Source: an uncultured Alphaproteobacteria bacterium
GTDB taxonomy: Bacteria > Pseudomonadota > Alphaproteobacteria > Acetobacterales > Acetobacteraceae
DNA: 64,000 nt
Assembly (NCBI GenBank): GCA_963839645.1
Contig: CAWIVZ010000009.1
Span: 23,536 to 87,535 of the forward strand
Reading direction: 5' to 3'
Shown one piece after another: positions 59,930 through 64,000 of this stretch; positions within the stretch are counted from its first letter, which is position 1, and each line of letters starts with the position of its first letter. The notes beneath the pieces are model-generated. The model did not search any database and was not told where the DNA came from. It saw only the letters and a program-made list of their open reading frames with translations. The position numbers and the translations under genes are program-made.

Positions 59930-60691
59930 TCAACGGCCTAAATACACTTCGACGACCCGCGGGTCCTCGCTGACGTGATCGATCGAGCCTTCCGACAGCA
60001 CCGATCCCTCGTGCAGCACGGTGACCTTCACGTCCAGCGCGCGGACGAAATCCATGTCGTGCTCCACCACCACCACGCTGCGGGTCTTGTTGATCTCGCG
60101 CAGAAGATCGGCGGTCTGCGCCGTCTCGGCATCGGTCATCCCGGCGACCGGTTCGTCCACCAGCAGCAGTCGCGGCTCCTGCGCCAGCAGCATGCCGATC
60201 TCCAGCCATTGTTTTTGCCCGTGCGACAGGCCGGCGGACTGGCGGCCTCGCACATCGGTCAGGCGGATGGTCTCCAGAATGCCCTCGATCTTCTCCCGCT
60301 CATCCACGGTCTCGCGCGCCCAAAGGGAAAAGCGCGGCCGGCGATCGCCGGCCAGCGACAGCAGCAGGTTGTCCCAGACCGTCAGCGGCTCGAACACCGT
60401 CGGCTTCTGGAACTTCCGACCGATGCCCAGGTCGGCAATGGCCGGCTCGTCCAGCCGGGTCAGGTCGGTATCCCTGGCGAACATCACCGTGCCGCTGTCC
60501 GGCCGGGTCTTGCCGGTGATCACGTCCATCATCGTGGTCTTGCCGGCGCCGTTCGGGCCGATCACCGCGCGCATTTCCCCAGCTTCCAGATACAGCGACA
60601 ACGCGTTCAGCGCCCGGAAGCCGTCGAACGTGACCGTCACGCCGTCCAGATACAGCAACGTGTCGCCCGTGGAGGTCTGCGCCTCGCTCAT
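59930..60691 (-). CDS. urtD: urea ABC transporter ATP-binding protein UrtD
   Basis: These are the last 253 codons of ORF 59930..61171, from ATG 60691 (ATGA overlap with the urtC stop). Contains GPNGAGKTT and LSHGQKQWLEIGM. Confidence 0.9.
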   Translation of the reverse strand: MSEAQTSTGDTLLYLDGVTVTFDGFRALNALSLYLEAGEMRAVIGPNGAGKTTMMDVITGKTRPDSGTVMFARDTDLTRLDEPAIADLGIGRKFQKPTVFEPLTVWDNLLLSLAGDRRPRFSLWARETVDEREKIEGILETIRLTDVRGRQSAGLSHGQKQWLEIGMLLAQEPRLLLVDEPVAGMTDAETAQTADLLREINKTRSVVVVEHDMDFVRALDVKVTVLHEGSVLSEGSIDHVSEDPRVVEVYLGR

Positions 60692-61803
60692 CCCGTCACC
60701 TCGCTGATTTTTTCCGGCGGCACGGCGGTGGCCGGCTTCGGCCGGCGGACGCGGTCCAGCGCGCCGATCACCCCATTGGGCAGGAACAGCGTGACGAAGA
60801 TGAACAGCGCCCCCAACGCATACAGCCACAGTTCCGGCAGCGCCCCGGTGAAATAGGTCTTGCCCAGATTGACCAGCACCGCCCCCAGGATCGCCCCCGT
60901 CAACGTGCCACGGCCGCCGACCGCGACCCAGATCACCGCCTCGATCGAGTTGGCCGGCGAGAACTCGCCGGGGTTGATGATACCGACCTGCGGCACGTAC
61001 AGCGCCCCGCCGATGCCCGCCATCACCGCCGATGCCACGAACACCACCAGCTTGTAGGATTCCGGCCGGTAGCCCAGGAACCGCGTGCGGCTTTCGGTAT
61101 CGCGCACCGCCACCAGCACCTTGCCGAAGCGTGAGCCGACGACGAAGCGGGCGAACAGGAACATCAGGCACAGCATCACCGCCGTCGCCAGCAGCAGCCC
61201 GACGCGCGTGGTTTCCGCCTGCAGCGGCATGCCGAGCAGGTCCTTGAAGTCGGTCATGCCGTTGTTGCCGCCGAACCCCATGTCGTTGCGGAAGAATGCC
61301 AGCATCAGCGCATAGGTCAGCGCCTGGGTGATGATCGACAGATAGACGCCGGTAACGCGCGAGCGGAACGCCAGCCAGCCGAACACCAGCGCGATCAGCG
61401 CGGGCACCAGCACCGCCATCAGCATGGCGAACGGGAACTGGTCAAAGCCATGCCAGTACCAGGGCAGTTCCTTGTAGTTCAGGAACACCATGAAATCCGG
61501 CAGCACCGCATTGCCGTAGACCCCGCGCGGGCCGATCTGACGCATCAGATACATGCCCATGGCGTAGCCGCCGAGCGCGAAGAACGCGGCGTGGCCCAGG
61601 CTGAGAATGCCCGCGAAGCCCCAAACCATATCCAGCGCCAGCGCCAGCATGGCAAAGCACAGATACTTGCCGGCCAGTGAAACGGCATAGGTCTGCACAT
61701 GCAGCGCGGAGCCTGGGGCCGTGCCGAGGTTCAGCGCCGCCATCAATGCAGCGCCCCCCAGCACCAGCACCAGCGTGAGGATCGTGGAACGAAGCGGGAT
61801 CAT
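60688..61803 (-). CDS. urtC: urea ABC transporter permease UrtC
   Basis: Within ORF 60688..62121, starting at ATG 61803 (ATGA overlap with the urtB stop). Contains LDMVWGFAGILSLGHAAFFALGGY. Confidence 0.9.
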   Translation of the reverse strand: MIPLRSTILTLVLVLGGAALMAALNLGTAPGSALHVQTYAVSLAGKYLCFAMLALALDMVWGFAGILSLGHAAFFALGGYAMGMYLMRQIGPRGVYGNAVLPDFMVFLNYKELPWYWHGFDQFPFAMLMAVLVPALIALVFGWLAFRSRVTGVYLSIITQALTYALMLAFFRNDMGFGGNNGMTDFKDLLGMPLQAETTRVGLLLATAVMLCLMFLFARFVVGSRFGKVLVAVRDTESRTRFLGYRPESYKLVVFVASAVMAGIGGALYVPQVGIINPGEFSPANSIEAVIWVAVGGRGTLTGAILGAVLVNLGKTYFTGALPELWLYALGALFIFVTLFLPNGVIGALDRVRRPKPATAVPPEKISEVTG

Positions 61804-63380
61804 GCCTCCACCGCCCGGCCCTTGAGCGGGAACATGCCGCGCGGCTTCCTCTGGATGAACAGGATCAGCGCGACCAGCACGACGATCTTCGCCAGCACCG
61901 CCCCGGCAACGGGCTCGAGGAACTTGTTGAGGATGCCCAGCGTCAGCGCCCCCACCGCCGTGCCCCACAGATTGCCGACGCCGCCGAACACCACCACCAT
62001 GAAACTGTCGATGATGTAGCCCTGGCCCAGATTGGGAGACACGTTGTCGATCTGGCTCAGCGCCACGCCCGCCATGCCCGCCACGCCGGAACCAAGGCCG
62101 AAGGTCAGCGCGTCGATCCACGGCGTGCGAATGCCCATCGCCGCGGCCATGCGCCGGTTCTGCGTCACCGCCCGCATGCGCAGACCGAGCGAGGTATAGC
62201 GCAGCACCGCCATCAACGTGCCCAGCACCAGCACGGCGAACACGATGATGGTCAGCCGGTTATAGGTCAGCGACAGCCCACCCAGTTGCATCGCCCCGCT
62301 CATCCAGGAAGGCGTGCCGACCTCCTGGTTGGTCGGGCCGAAGATCGAGCGCACCGCCTGCTGCAACAGCAGCGACAGGCCCCAGGTGGCGAGCAGCGTC
62401 TCCAGCGGCCGGCCATACAGCCAGCGGATCAGGCTGCGCTCGATGGCGATGCCGATCGCGCCGGCAACCAGAAAGGCGAGCGGCACGGCAAAGAACAGGC
62501 TGGCGCCGAACAGGGCGGGCGCATGGGCACGGATGACCGCTTGAACGACGAAGGTGACGTAGGCGCCGATCATCACCATCTCGCCATGCGCCATGTTGAT
62601 GACGCCCATCACGCCGAAGGTGATGGCCAGGCCGGTGGCGGCCAGCAAAAGGACCGAGCCCAGGCTGAGGCCGTAATACACGCTCTGCAGCAGGCTCCAG
62701 AGTTGCAGCGAGAAATCGATCGACTTCACCGCCGCCGCCGCCGCATCAACCACGGACGGTGGCTGGTTGGTCAGAGTGGACAGCAGCGCCCGCGCATCGA
62801 TATCCCCGCGATCGCGCAGCACGGCGACGGCTGCCAGGCGGTCGCGTTCGGAGGCATCGCCGGCGGCAAACAGGGCAGCGGCACGCGCCTGCTCCATCGT
62901 CCGCTTCACGGCTGCGTCCTTCTCCGCTTCGATCGCGCGGGTCAGCGCCGGAATGCCGGCGGGATCGCGGGACTTGAACACGGCCTCGGCCGCAGTGGCG
63001 CGGGTGGCGGCATCCGCGTCGAACAGCCGCAGCGCGCCCAAGGCGGCATCGACCGAGCGGCGGATCGCGTTGTTGACGCGAACGGCGCGCACGCTGCCCG
63101 GGTCCGCTTCAGGCTCGCCGGTCATGGCGTCGGCATAGGTGCCGGCCGGGGATTTGATAAGCAACTTCTTGTCGGCGCGCACCATCAACCGGCCATCCTG
63201 CAGAGCACCGAGGATGGCGGGGGCGCGCGGGCTGCCCGAGACGCCGAGTGCGTCCACTCCACGCCTGATATCGTCGAAATTCTGTCCAGCCAGCGCCACG
63301 ACGGCCTCATTGGCGGCATCGTTGGCCCGCGCGGTAACGGGCGCGAGCAGCAGCAGGCATAGCAACAGCGAACGCAACAT
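61800..63380 (-). CDS. urtB: urea ABC transporter permease UrtB (with long N-terminal periplasmic extension)
   Basis: ORF 61800..63380. It has a signal peptide, an about 230 aa extension, and then a LivH-like core (NMAHGEMVMIGAY). Confidence 0.9.
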   Translation of the reverse strand: MLRSLLLCLLLLAPVTARANDAANEAVVALAGQNFDDIRRGVDALGVSGSPRAPAILGALQDGRLMVRADKKLLIKSPAGTYADAMTGEPEADPGSVRAVRVNNAIRRSVDAALGALRLFDADAATRATAAEAVFKSRDPAGIPALTRAIEAEKDAAVKRTMEQARAAALFAAGDASERDRLAAVAVLRDRGDIDARALLSTLTNQPPSVVDAAAAAVKSIDFSLQLWSLLQSVYYGLSLGSVLLLAATGLAITFGVMGVINMAHGEMVMIGAYVTFVVQAVIRAHAPALFGASLFFAVPLAFLVAGAIGIAIERSLIRWLYGRPLETLLATWGLSLLLQQAVRSIFGPTNQEVGTPSWMSGAMQLGGLSLTYNRLTIIVFAVLVLGTLMAVLRYTSLGLRMRAVTQNRRMAAAMGIRTPWIDALTFGLGSGVAGMAGVALSQIDNVSPNLGQGYIIDSFMVVVFGGVGNLWGTAVGALTLGILNKFLEPVAGAVLAKIVVLVALILFIQRKPRGMFPLKGRAVEA

Positions 63381-63456
63381 AACGCTTACCTTCCGCGGCT
63401 TGGATGCCGGGCCTGAGGGGAAATCGCCCCAGGCCCGGCTCCTCGCATTCAGCTTG

Positions 63457-64000
63457 TTATTTCGCGGAACCGCCGCACTTGCCGGTCTTGACGTTGAAGT
63501 TGCCGCAGGACATCGGCGAGCGCCAATCGGCGATCAGGTCACGCGAGCCTTCCAGATACGGCGACCATTCGTTGGCAACGATCAGGCCCGGGGTCTGGGA
63601 GACAATGTTGAACTGCCCATTGCCCTGGATCTCCCCGATCAGCACCGGCTTGGTGATGTGGTGGTTCGGCATCATTGCCGAATAACCGCCCGAAAGATTG
63701 GGCACGGCCACACCGATCATGGCGTCGATCACCTTGGATGGATCGGTCGCTCCGGCCTTCTCCACCGCCTTCACCCACATGTTGAAGCCGATCACATGCG
63801 CTTCCATCGGATCGTTGGTGACGCGCTTGGGGTTCTTGGTGAACGCCTGCCACTTGGTTATGAACGCCTTGTTCTCGGGTGTATCGACGCTCATGAAGTA
63901 GTTCCACGCAGCGAGGTGACCGATCAGCGGCTTGGTATCGACGCCGGCCAGTTCTTCCTCGCCGACCGAGAACGCCACTACCGGGATGTCGGTCGCCTTG
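63457..64000 (-). CDS. urtA: urea ABC transporter substrate-binding protein UrtA, C-terminal part (5' end beyond the window)
   Basis: The frame of ORF 63457..63978 stays open to base 64000. Contains ...EEELAGVDTKPLIGHLAAWNYFMSVDTPENKAFITKWQAF...CGNFNVKTGKCGGSAK. Confidence 0.85.
   Translation of the reverse strand, partial: KATDIPVVAFSVGEEELAGVDTKPLIGHLAAWNYFMSVDTPENKAFITKWQAFTKNPKRVTNDPMEAHVIGFNMWVKAVEKAGATDPSKVIDAMIGVAVPNLSGGYSAMMPNHHITKPVLIGEIQGNGQFNIVSQTPGLIVANEWSPYLEGSRDLIADWRSPMSCGNFNVKTGKCGGSAK

Overview
High-GC (roughly two thirds G+C by eye) chromosomal segment. Gene content and synteny look alphaproteobacterial: gltX next to comEC, xseB-dxs-tlyA, TPR protein-ispE, and a dinB with an N-terminal zinc ribbon. 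A Rhodospirillales/Acetobacteraceae-like origin is only an inference.

I can support about 66 protein-coding loci and one tRNA-Asn. I see no rRNA, CRISPR array, transposase, integrase or phage genes.

Main blocks:
- 0-9.3 kb: redox and small-molecule enzymes. These are an SDR, a 3-dehydroshikimate dehydratase/HPPD-like fusion, a class III adenylate cyclase, a PLP decarboxylase, an FMO/BVMO-like monooxygenase, and a second SDR.
- 9.5-13.1 kb: gltX and comEC.
- 13.5-22.1 kb: a decayed Liv-type binding protein, two tandem 2OG-Fe(II) oxygenases, a NodT outer-membrane factor, a sirtuin, an acyl-CoA carboxyltransferase, a NUDIX protein and a DUF4239-like membrane protein.
- 22.9-38.1 kb: a mixed catabolic island. 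It holds an SDR, an amidase, a phosphotriesterase-like hydrolase, an LLM oxidoreductase, a GMC oxidoreductase, two acyl-CoA dehydrogenases, TauD, an NTF2-like protein, an MBL hydrolase and a five-gene Liv-type ABC importer.
- 38.3-47.5 kb: housekeeping genes tlyA, dxs, xseB, an HDAC-like protein, TusA, a ROK kinase, dinB, ispE and a TPR protein.
- 47.7-50.7 kb: an ABC-2 exporter pair and a YnjB-like binding protein.
- 50.8-53.6 kb: an ECF sigma/anti-sigma pair facing a metallophosphoesterase-cupredoxin operon.
- 53.6-64.0 kb: a 13-gene urea module, urtABCDE-ureD-ureA-[brnTA antisense]-ureB-ureC-ureE-ureF-ureG.

Things worth a second look:
- About 40 single-base frameshifts. They are strongly clustered, insertion-biased, and hit only accessory genes.
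- An exact 14-mer with FNR/FixK-box architecture, present three times in intergenic DNA.
- Two back-to-back promoters with the same GGAATA-N16-GGTC layout between the ECF sigma gene and its divergent operon.
- A BrnT/BrnA toxin-antitoxin pair sitting antisense inside the urease operon.

I did not find a convincing new defence or other multi-gene system. The candidate novelties here are regulatory and genome-integrity signals.
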